DNA from: Erysipelotrichaceae bacterium
GTDB taxonomy: Bacteria; Bacillota_I; Bacilli_A; Erysipelotrichales; Coprobacillaceae
NCBI GenBank assembly: GCA_028698185.1
Contig: JAQVDW010000034.1
Coordinates: forward strand, 1 to 17,017
Direction of reading: 5' to 3'
DNA length: 17,017 nt
Shown in pieces: positions 1 to 6,805 of the stretch (position 1 is its first letter; the number at the start of each line of letters is the position of its first letter). The position numbers were made by a program, and so were the translations under genes. The notes under the pieces were generated by a model, which searched no databases, was not told where the DNA came from, and saw only the letters and a program-made list of their open reading frames with translations.

Positions 1-2
1 TT

Positions 3-182
3 GAAAAGTACATGAAAAAACACAATGGGATATCGTCAAAATACCTCAACGAATACCTGGCGTACATAGCATACATGATTGAAACAAGAGCCAGAGACGT
101 CCATGATTATTTTGTGGATATTTATCAGTGCCATTGTGATTTTAGGCGAGAAAATTATATTGGAACAGGCTTTATCTACTAA
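3..182 (+). CDS. C-terminal fragment (59 aa plus stop) of a transposase, possibly IS1595/ISXO2-like; the 5' part is off-window
   Basis: Frame 3 is open from the window edge to TAA at 180-182: EKYMKKHNGISSKYLNEYLAYIAYMIETRARDVHDYFVDIYQCHCDFRRENYIGTGFIY. The block G-I-S-x-K-Y-L-x-x-Y-L-A resembles the conserved C-terminal helix of IS1595-family DDE transposases. It is shorter than the ORF-track cut-off, so it is absent from the supplied track. Confidence 0.4.
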   Translation, partial: EKYMKKHNGISSKYLNEYLAYIAYMIETRARDVHDYFVDIYQCHCDFRRENYIGTGFIY

Positions 183-191
183 AGCATAGCT

Positions 192-713
192 TTGGGCTAA
201 CATAGCCGAATAATTCGGGTTCTTCGCTCCATTCCCATTACAGAAATTTCATCACTACTACAACCCAATCTGCCCCCATGACTGCCTTGATACTCTTATC
301 TTACGGTTCTTCCGCTTGATATACTCCCTTAACATCAGCCCGTGGGTTCCCACGTTCCGTACAGACGCCTGTATTAAGTTCATGCCACCTTTATGCCGCC
401 CACCATCTAGGCAGTAAACAGGTTTCCCCTAGACTTATCCCAGATTAACGACTACCCCCTGGTTTTGATGGAATCTCTACGCTTTCGACATTTTCGTAAG
501 TGGTTCACTTTTCATTCATCTCCATAATAAGCACTTGACAGTTTTATCACTGCCTTTTCCTTAACGCTCAATACCATGGCTTTTGACCACAGCACCTTAA
601 GGTAGTTTGAAACCTCCACCTGCATGGCGATTTCGGTGGACCTACCACCATCATCTGTACAGCATAGCTGTCTTCAAGTAGCTACGCTACTTGGACGCGC
701 CTTCGTGGCGCAC
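192..713 (-). mobile_element. 5' segment (about 520 nt, domains I-III and start of IV) of a second group II intron, with no ORF and no domain V/VI in the window
   Basis: The minus strand starts GTGCGCC-ACGAA-GGCGCG at 713. It has no ORF of 60 aa or more. It shares conserved blocks with the neighbouring intron: GGTGGTAGGTCCACC, GTGGGCGGCATAAAGGTGG, and CGTAAGA...CTGTAATGGGAATGGAGCGAAGAAC. The lower boundary is uncertain and is set just beyond the transposase stop codon. Confidence 0.6.
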
Positions 714-1398
714 AGTCGTCGGCATAGCGTGTATAGTGTAATCCCCTAGCTTCCATTTCCTTGTCAAGTTCATTAAGAACGACGTTGCTAAGTAAAGGGC
801 TGAGATTTCCGCCCTGTTGGGCACCGACTACAGATTCTTTATATTCATCGTCAATCATTATTCCGCTTACCAGGAATTTTCTAATAAGCGATACTATCTC
901 CCCACTCTTTACATCTTTCATCACCAAGGTAATAAGTTTATCGTGGTTGATATTGTCGAAGAACTTCTCCAAGTCAATATCTACGACCCATTGGTATCCT
1001 TCGTTCAAGTATTCCAATGCCTTGATTACTGCCATTTCACAACATCTATTAGGTCTAAAACCATAGCTGTTATCACTGAATAGTGGTTCATAGATTGGTG
1101 TTAATACCTGGGCGATAGCTTGTTGAATGAATCTATCGATGACTGTAGGCACTCCTAGATTTCTTGTGCCACCATCGGCTTTTGGTATTTCCACTCTCCT
1201 AACTGGTTGTGGTCTGTAGGTGCGATTCAGTATGCTTGTCTTAATTTCATCTAGATGTTCATCCAGATATCCCTTAAGTTGGTAGACGTCCATACCATCT
1301 ATTCCGCACGCACCCTTGTTTCGTTTAACTTGTACATACGCTTGTTTGAGATTGGTATGACTAAGCATTTGTTCCAGTAATTCGTTATCAGTTTTCAT
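682..1398 (-). pseudogene. Truncated group II intron reverse transcriptase/maturase (RT0-RT5 only, ends just after YADD)
   Basis: Motifs seen: KRNKGACGIDGMDV, YRPQPVRRVEIPKADGGTRNLGVPTVIDRFIQQA, YGFRPNRCCEMAV, DIDLEKFFDNINHDKL, GAQQGGNLSPLLSNVVLNELD, YTRYADD. After YADD the frame reads CAPRRRVQVA-stop, which is the 5' end of the inserted intron. RT6/7 and the X/thumb domain are absent. The likely true start is ATG at 1398 with GGAGG at 1409-1413; the track start at 1512 is an unsupported upstream extension. Confidence 0.85.
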
Positions 1399-1920
1399 GT
1401 TTCCGTTACCTCCATTGATTTCGCTATTCATCAGGCTCACTTTCCCTACATTCTTCTTTCGGGCTTTACTAGTGTATTCGACTGTCCTTGCGGTTTCGCG
1501 TGATGAAATCAATCCTAATTTAAATAACTGATAGATTTATTCAGTCCTTCACTCCATGGCCATTACAGCCACTTCTTCGCTACTGCGACTTCTGCTGACT
1601 TCTTACGATTCGTTGTTACTAGGATTGCTTCCTCGCAAGATCTCCCGGGATAAGGTCATATCTCTTTCACCCCATATATCCGCCACATTTACATGCAATA
1701 GTATTGTTCCGCAACCTCTTATGACTTTGCGTTGTCATGCACGCTCGTCCCCATTACATGCCTGATGTGATTCGTGTTCCTCGGACCAGGGTTTTGCCTC
1801 CATCTTCTTTCAGATTCCACCTCACGATGGACACCCTTGATATTGACTAGTGGTTGGCAGTTGCGACATCACCCCCACAGTGGACTTTCACCACCTAGAT
1901 ATATGGCATGCCCGGCATAC
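714..1920 (-). mobile_element. Group II intron, 5' portion: about 520 nt of ribozyme domains plus RT domains 0-5 of the intron-encoded protein; the 3' part is missing
   Basis: The minus strand begins GTATGCC-G-GGCAT at 1920. This has the same GU-plus-hairpin layout as the GTGCGCC start of the other intron. GGTGGTGAAAGTCCAC follows about 25 nt in. GGAGG-N10-ATG at 1398 opens an ORF with clear group II RT motifs. Confidence 0.8.
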
Positions 1921-1926
1921 AAGCAA

Positions 1927-1948
1927 AAGACGTCCCAAAGGACGTCTT
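1927..1948 (-). terminator. Intrinsic terminator hairpin of the autolysin/ChW gene
   Basis: The minus strand reads AAGACGTCC-TTTG-GGACGTCTT (9-bp perfect stem) overlapping the TAA stop, followed by TTGCTT. The rest of the expected U-tract is replaced by the intron 5' end at 1920. Confidence 0.7.
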
Positions 1949-3323
1949 AAACAGCTATTTTAAAGGCCGCAGCCGTATTAGTTGTAATCGTGCCCTTTGG
2001 TACGAGCTTGATTTCGATAGCCTCCATCCGGTAACCGAAACCTTCAGACCCTGCACTTTCGCCGTTTTTAGCCCATTCGAGCCAGCCGAAGTGTTGGACA
2101 TGGACCCGATAGACTATATCGTATTTTGCAGCGAGATCACCGGTCAGCTTGATTTGAACCGCCTCAAGCCTCAGGCCTTTTCCTGTGGTTCCCGAAGTCT
2201 GACCGTTGCTTTTCCAAGTGGTTTCCCAACCTATCTTTTGGACATGTGAACGGTAAGTTATGCCGCTGTTAGAGTAGTCCAGATTATCGACACTGCCAAG
2301 ATCGGTCAATGACAATGTCAAAGCTTCCAATCTTTTTGCCAGTCCGACGGTTCCAGACAATTCACCGTCATATGCATATGCCTGCCATCCAAATGACTGA
2401 ACATGCGTGTTATACTTGACGTTGCGGCTTTCATATGAATTCGTACCGGTCGTGAAAGTTCCCTTGGGGACGAGTTTGACTTCGATCGCCTCCATCCGAT
2501 ATCCATAGGTTGCGGATCCCGCACTTTCGCCGTTTTTAGCCCATTCAAGCCAGCCGAAGTGTTGGACATGAACCCGATAAACAACATCGAAATATTGGGC
2601 CAGTTCGCCGGTCAGACGGATCTGGATCGCTTCAAGTCGCTTCGCCTCACCGGTGGTGCCGGTAATTTGATTGTCGGTCACCCAATCCTGCCAACCATAA
2701 GTCTGAACTTGGGAACGATACTCGATTGTCCCGCTGTATGTACCCGGATCGACATCAAGTTTCAATCCTTCAATCCGCAAAGATTGCCCGACTGTCCCTG
2801 ATGTTGTACCGTCGCCTACATACGACTGCCAGCCAATCGATTGGACATGAGTGCTATAGCTCAACTTAGGGGCCACCGCATTGACAGTGAGTGCACAGGT
2901 TGTGCTTAATCCATTGCTTGTTGTTGCCGTAATTGTCGCCTTCCCGGCATTGATACCTTTGACATTGCCGTTGCTGTCGACCGTCGCAACATTAGTGTCC
3001 GAACTTGACCAGGTAATGGTTTTGGAGTTGGTTGTGTTCGTTGGTGTTATTGTAGCGGTCAATTTAGAAGTGGAATTGCGATTGATTGACAAAGACGTGC
3101 TGCTGAGTGTCACCCCGGTAATCGGGATTATCGCAGATCCTGGCGAGTAGTATTTATCGTAGTTGACGATTGATTTGAAATTGGTATTCTGGATATATAC
3201 ATAGTCGCGGCTGTAAGAGTAAGTTCCCGCCGCGGTCGATGTGAAATTCCGGGTCGAACGATTGGTGCTTAGCGGGCCGTCCGACTGAATCTTAATCCAG
3301 CCATTGCTTAGGTTCTCCAGCAC
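1947..3323 (-). CDS. Big_2 (Ig-like) plus six ChW (clostridial hydrophobic W) repeats; probably the C-terminal cell-wall-binding half of the upstream glucosaminidase
   Basis: The Big_2 block is ITGVTLSSTSLSINRNSTSKLTATITP...WSSSDTNVATVDSNGNVKGINAGKATITATT (about 2883-3128). Six repeats follow of the form Y-x-[ST/V]-H-V-Q-x-x-G-W...G-x-x-G-x-x-x-R-[LM]-E-A. The track start is a GTG with no RBS and no signal peptide, and it overlaps the upstream ORF by 16 nt. Confidence 0.8.
   Translation of the reverse strand: MLENLSNGWIKIQSDGPLSTNRSTRNFTSTAAGTYSYSRDYVYIQNTNFKSIVNYDKYYSPGSAIIPITGVTLSSTSLSINRNSTSKLTATITPTNTTNSKTITWSSSDTNVATVDSNGNVKGINAGKATITATTSNGLSTTCALTVNAVAPKLSYSTHVQSIGWQSYVGDGTTSGTVGQSLRIEGLKLDVDPGTYSGTIEYRSQVQTYGWQDWVTDNQITGTTGEAKRLEAIQIRLTGELAQYFDVVYRVHVQHFGWLEWAKNGESAGSATYGYRMEAIEVKLVPKGTFTTGTNSYESRNVKYNTHVQSFGWQAYAYDGELSGTVGLAKRLEALTLSLTDLGSVDNLDYSNSGITYRSHVQKIGWETTWKSNGQTSGTTGKGLRLEAVQIKLTGDLAAKYDIVYRVHVQHFGWLEWAKNGESAGSEGFGYRMEAIEIKLVPKGTITTNTAAAFKIAV
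1950..2858 (-). repeat. In-gene tandem duplication: two modules of three ChW repeats each
   Basis: Residues 156-302 and 304-458 are collinear. At the DNA level, 2053-2109 matches 2521-2577 with 3 mismatches in about 57 nt (GCACTTTCGCCGTTTTTAGCCCATTC[G/A]AGCCAGCCGAAGTGTTGGACATG[G/A]ACCCGATA). The period is 468 bp at that point. Confidence 0.85.
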
Positions 3324-4795
3324 CAGGATCGCGAGTTTTGGACATTATCAGTCCCTGTCGTTGCTCCTGAAGCCGTGGTATAAATCTGTTGTGACGTGGT
3401 CGCTGCCTGGTTGTAGGTCTTGGTAATATTGCTTACATAACCTACAGTGTAGTAATACAAGTCGTTTGTAGTCACATTCTCGCTAGTTAAGTAATCCTTG
3501 ATACTGTAGCCGCAGGCCGCGGCCTTTTCACCCCAGTATGGGTCCGATGCATATTTGACATTAAGTCCCGATTGTTTGTTGCCAAGGTTGGTCCCGAAAT
3601 ATTTCCAGTTCCATGGATTGAGATAGCCGTCCGACAGGAAGTATTCCATATGACCGACAATCCCGGCATAAACACTGCCATAGACACTCCCGCTGGATGT
3701 ATCGCTGTCGTATACCGCATGGCCAAACACGTTGTTGGTGGTGAAAGCCTTGTTTGAACATCCGTAATAAGACTCGTTGATGGCAACACCCAACACAAGC
3801 AAAGCATTGACCCCGTAAGTGTTCTGGGCCTTGATCAAATCCGCCCCAATTCCTATCAGCTTTGAATCATAAGGTGTCAGTCCGCTGTTAGGCAAATAGC
3901 GGTTGATATACGATTGCAAAGATGAATAGTTCTGGGTGATCTTTTCGTAGATAAAAGCGTCAATTTGTGCAGCCGTCAAAGTGGTGGTGCTGCGGTGCGA
4001 CAGATACTGGTAATAATTGTAATAAGGTTTGGTACTGTTGATGGAATTCACATAAGTATGGTTCATGTAATCATCAAGCATAACCTTGTAATTGGTGTAG
4101 AAATAATGGCCGTCGTAGCTAAAATAGGTGGCTCCCTCCTGCATGTAGGATTGGGTATAGCCGACAACATACGATGATGCTGCACTTGTCAGATTGGTTG
4201 TGATATAATGGTAAATCTTCCCATTGCTCACCTTGTAGCGGCTCGTATAGAGCGAATCGCTGTAATTGACCACATTGACCAAGGAGGCTCTTACCTTTCC
4301 ATAGACGTCCGCCTGTTTGAACAGGACGTTTCCATCGCCATCAGTTCCCAAATATGCAGCTTCTGGCGCCAGCGCCCCACTAAGGTAACATCCGGTATAA
4401 CCGGTTTCCACATTGGTATATGGTGTCGTCACCGTGCTTGACTGGTTGAAAATCACAATCCCGAAAGACACCCCGGTAGAACTTGTGGTGTCCGTAGCGA
4501 CTCCGGCATTGGCAAAAGTGAGTTGAACCACCTGACCATCGCCTTCATAAACTTCGTTGACTTCCTCAGGTGCCAAGACATCGATTTCCTCGCTAAGTCT
4601 CAAAGCGTTTTCCAAGGCCGAGTTATCAACTTCTTCAATTTCATTTGTTTCGATGTTTCCCTGTTCATCGACACTCATGTAGACATCTTCGCTGTAATTC
4701 GTTTCGCCATACACCTCACCTTTGGTGTTATAAGCCAAAGTACCGATGACCAGCGCAAAGATACAGATCAGCGTCAACAATCTTTTCTGTCTCAT
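3308..4795 (-). CDS. Secreted GH73 N-acetylglucosaminidase (mannosyl-glycoprotein endo-beta-N-acetylglucosaminidase family) autolysin, N-terminal and catalytic part
   Basis: ATG at 4795 has AGGAGGG 8 nt upstream. The signal peptide is MRQKRLLTLICIFALVIGTLAYN. The glucosaminidase-like block is GVNALLVLGVAINESYYGCSNKAFTTNNVFGHAVYD...KYASDPYWGEK. Confidence 0.8.
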   Translation of the reverse strand: MRQKRLLTLICIFALVIGTLAYNTKGEVYGETNYSEDVYMSVDEQGNIETNEIEEVDNSALENALRLSEEIDVLAPEEVNEVYEGDGQVVQLTFANAGVATDTTSSTGVSFGIVIFNQSSTVTTPYTNVETGYTGCYLSGALAPEAAYLGTDGDGNVLFKQADVYGKVRASLVNVVNYSDSLYTSRYKVSNGKIYHYITTNLTSAASSYVVGYTQSYMQEGATYFSYDGHYFYTNYKVMLDDYMNHTYVNSINSTKPYYNYYQYLSHRSTTTLTAAQIDAFIYEKITQNYSSLQSYINRYLPNSGLTPYDSKLIGIGADLIKAQNTYGVNALLVLGVAINESYYGCSNKAFTTNNVFGHAVYDSDTSSGSVYGSVYAGIVGHMEYFLSDGYLNPWNWKYFGTNLGNKQSGLNVKYASDPYWGEKAAACGYSIKDYLTSENVTTNDLYYYTVGYVSNITKTYNQAATTSQQIYTTASGATTGTDNVQNSRSWCWRT

Positions 4796-4867
4796 TTTAA
4801 CCCTCCTGCCCCTTTGACTATCACAAAAACATAATAGTCACAAATCTCTTTTTATATACCTGTCTTT

Positions 4868-4897
4868 ATTCTACTACAATAGTTACCTATAAATCAA
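4868..4897 (-). promoter_or_regulatory. Candidate promoter of the autolysin gene
   Basis: The minus strand reads TTGATT (4892-4897), an 18-nt spacer, then TAGAAT (4868-4873), about 70 nt upstream of the start codon. This is the best match in the 272-bp intergenic region but not a strong one. Confidence 0.3.
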
Positions 4898-5033
4898 TGC
4901 ACAAACCATTTGTAAATTTATGATTTTCGACTATCGCATCCTAATACCGGACTAATTCAGGCCACCGCTGACACCGTTTACACCAATTTCCACTAAGTGG
5001 GTAAATATATATGGCGGAATATAATAATCGGAA

Positions 5034-5060
5034 AAACTAAAAAGCTGCACTAGGCAGCTT
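5034..5060 (-). terminator. Intrinsic terminator after the 238-aa surface protein gene (end of the cpsB-D-C operon)
   Basis: The minus strand reads AAGCTGC-CTAGT-GCAGCTT (7-bp stem, 5042-5060) followed by TTTAGTTTTT. It starts 7 nt after the stop codon at 5068-5070. Confidence 0.7.
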
Positions 5061-5067
5061 CCATGAA

Positions 5068-5784
5068 TTATGCTTTTTTAGTCTTTGCTAATACAATCAG
5101 TACGACACCGATTATCGCAACTCCACCAACCACGAATGGAATGATGTTTGTAGATGATCCGGCGTCGGCATCTTGAGCTACTTCAGTTGCAGTCACAATC
5201 GCAACTGGAGAAAGACTTTCAAATGTCGCAACGATTTGGCCATCCAGCACTTCTGTTGGAACTAGTTCCCAAGCACCATTATCCTCATTGAAATGAAGAA
5301 CCAGATAAGGATCACCGGCAGATACATTCGGACGGTCGAAAGTCACTTGAACTGACCCGTCTTCCAAAACAACCGCATTTCCCGCTGAATCCAATGAAAT
5401 ATCCATCAATTCTTCAACCACCAATTTTGTAAGGTTGGCTTTGAATGCTTCAGGAACTTCAACAGTCGCATCGGCGATCAGATCGGCGATCAGTTGAGCC
5501 GCTTCATCCTCGTTTACAATCAGCGCGATTTCCTCTTGCATTGCCACTGGCAATTCGCTGTAGAATTCAGCCAATGCCTCTGGATCAGCTTCAAGTATGG
5601 CTTCAATGACCTTGACATCAGCCAGGTTCACCACAACACCGTTTTCTGTGACTACAACAGAGCCAGACAAAAATACAGGTGTCGATTCAACAGTAGTTGT
5701 CGGGCTAGGTGCCGCCATTACTGCGCTGACACTTAGCGTCAATACCAATACAAAACTGCTGACGATCAATAATAATTTTTTCAT
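5068..5784 (-). CDS. Hypothetical acidic surface protein with a signal peptide and a C-terminal TM anchor
   Basis: The N-terminus is MKKLLLIVSSFVLVLTLSVSAVMA. The C-terminus is IIPFVVGGVAIIGVVLIVLAKTKKA, with no LPXTG before it. The body is very rich in D/E/V/A and I recognise no family motif. A G6 RBS (GGGGGG) lies 7 nt upstream of the ATG. Confidence 0.6.
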   Translation of the reverse strand: MKKLLLIVSSFVLVLTLSVSAVMAAPSPTTTVESTPVFLSGSVVVTENGVVVNLADVKVIEAILEADPEALAEFYSELPVAMQEEIALIVNEDEAAQLIADLIADATVEVPEAFKANLTKLVVEELMDISLDSAGNAVVLEDGSVQVTFDRPNVSAGDPYLVLHFNEDNGAWELVPTEVLDGQIVATFESLSPVAIVTATEVAQDADAGSSTNIIPFVVGGVAIIGVVLIVLAKTKKA

Positions 5785-5839
5785 AAGTTTTCCCCCCTAT
5801 TGAATTATTTATTCATTTTCTGCAAATATGATACTTTAA

Positions 5840-6805
5840 TCATAACTCATTATAAAACATTTTGATAAGAATGTCATCTAATTTATCGTAATTTATGTAA
5901 AATTCTTCATATGTGTTACCCATTGTCGTTTCGCCAGGAACCGATTCATAACCGTTGCCGGATAGATTATAATCCGCCAGCTCATCAATCTGGTCGCCGG
6001 TCATGTTGGTAAGGAGATATTTGTCAAGCAATGGCGCAAACATGTCGTATATGCTATCGATATCGCCCTTGGATCTGACTGTGGCCACCAGGGCCTCGAT
6101 GTACTGGATTTGCCGGGCCATCCGCTCCTGGTTGCTGCCGATACCTTCAATGTCACGATGACGCACGTAGGCTTCGGCTTGTCCATCTGAAAGGGTTATT
6201 GTCGCCCCTTTGACAAACGCCGGATCGACATCGGTATAATCCTCAGGAATCGTTATGGTGACCGGTCCCGCCAGCTCATTTATCTTGCCGATGGCTTCGA
6301 TGTTCAGATTGATGTAACCATCAATCCTCAGATCACTTAGCATCGTCGAAACGGTATCCACCATGGCCCAGCAGCTTTGCGCGCCACCCTTGGCCGTCGA
6401 ATATTGCAATGCGAGTTGCGCGAACGATGTCCGCGAAGGCTCGCCGTAGATGTCGTACTGGGTTATGTCGACCATCGAATTCCGGGAAACCTGCAGCAGA
6501 TTGGCCTCCTTGGTCGACTTGTTGAGCGAAATCAGGATGATACTGTCGGCCTGATTGGTGTTCGAAGCCAGATTGTCTGTCTGGATCAGGTTGGTGCTGT
6601 CGACCCCGATAAACAGGATATTCATCAGATCGGTATTGTAACGATATCTCTTGCCCTGATATTCGATGACATTGCTTTGCGATGCGCTCGGGGTTGGCTG
6701 ACCGGCCTGGCTCTGGTGGTCAGTGGCAAGGATATACCCGGTAATCGCCAGCACCATAACCAGGACGAAAATTATAATTCTTTGAAGCTTTTTACTGACT
6801 TCCAT
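5840..6805 (-). CDS. LytR-CpsA-Psr (LCP) family protein, short single-TM paralogue with divergent motifs
   Basis: It has an N-terminal TM segment IIIFVLVMVLAITGYIL. LCP core blocks are NILFIGVDS, ADSIILISLNK, LLQVSRNSMVDI and AEAYVRHRD. I place the start at the ATG at 6803-6805, which overlaps the cpsC stop as TGATG. The track's TTG at 6808 is one codon upstream. Confidence 0.8.
   Translation of the reverse strand: MEVSKKLQRIIIFVLVMVLAITGYILATDHQSQAGQPTPSASQSNVIEYQGKRYRYNTDLMNILFIGVDSTNLIQTDNLASNTNQADSIILISLNKSTKEANLLQVSRNSMVDITQYDIYGEPSRTSFAQLALQYSTAKGGAQSCWAMVDTVSTMLSDLRIDGYINLNIEAIGKINELAGPVTITIPEDYTDVDPAFVKGATITLSDGQAEAYVRHRDIEGIGSNQERMARQIQYIEALVATVRSKGDIDSIYDMFAPLLDKYLLTNMTGDQIDELADYNLSGNGYESVPGETTMGNTYEEFYINYDKLDDILIKMFYNEL

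Noticed and set aside
393-398. CGGCAT in intron 2 as an EBS2 complementary to exon ATGCCG
   Set aside because: It lies downstream of the EBS1 candidate, which is the wrong order. It also falls in a block conserved with intron 1 (GTGGGCGGCATAAAGG vs GTGGCGGATATATGGG), so it is structural rather than a target-recognition loop.
183-669. The 9-mer AGCATAGCT is repeated at 183-191 and 661-669. I considered it as a target-site duplication or recombination scar.
   Set aside because: A single 9-mer repeat within about 500 nt is close to chance expectation. The two copies do not flank any element boundary that I can define.
1399-1512. N-terminal 38-aa extension of the RT ORF (MISSRETARTVEYTSKARKK...)
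   Set aside because: A GGAGG-N10-ATG at 1398 begins MKTDNELLEQMLS..., matching where group II RTs normally start. The upstream part is more likely domain IV RNA that happens to be open.
4796-5033. A possible c-di-AMP (ydaO-type) or other riboswitch upstream of the cell-wall hydrolase gene
   Set aside because: I could not find the paired conserved cores or pseudo-twofold architecture expected for that class. Only a short 7-bp hairpin is present. An Rfam scan would settle it.
5068-5170. C-terminal anchor of the 238-aa protein as a sortase substrate
   Set aside because: No LPXTG-like motif precedes the hydrophobic segment; the sequence there is DADAGSSTNIIPF.
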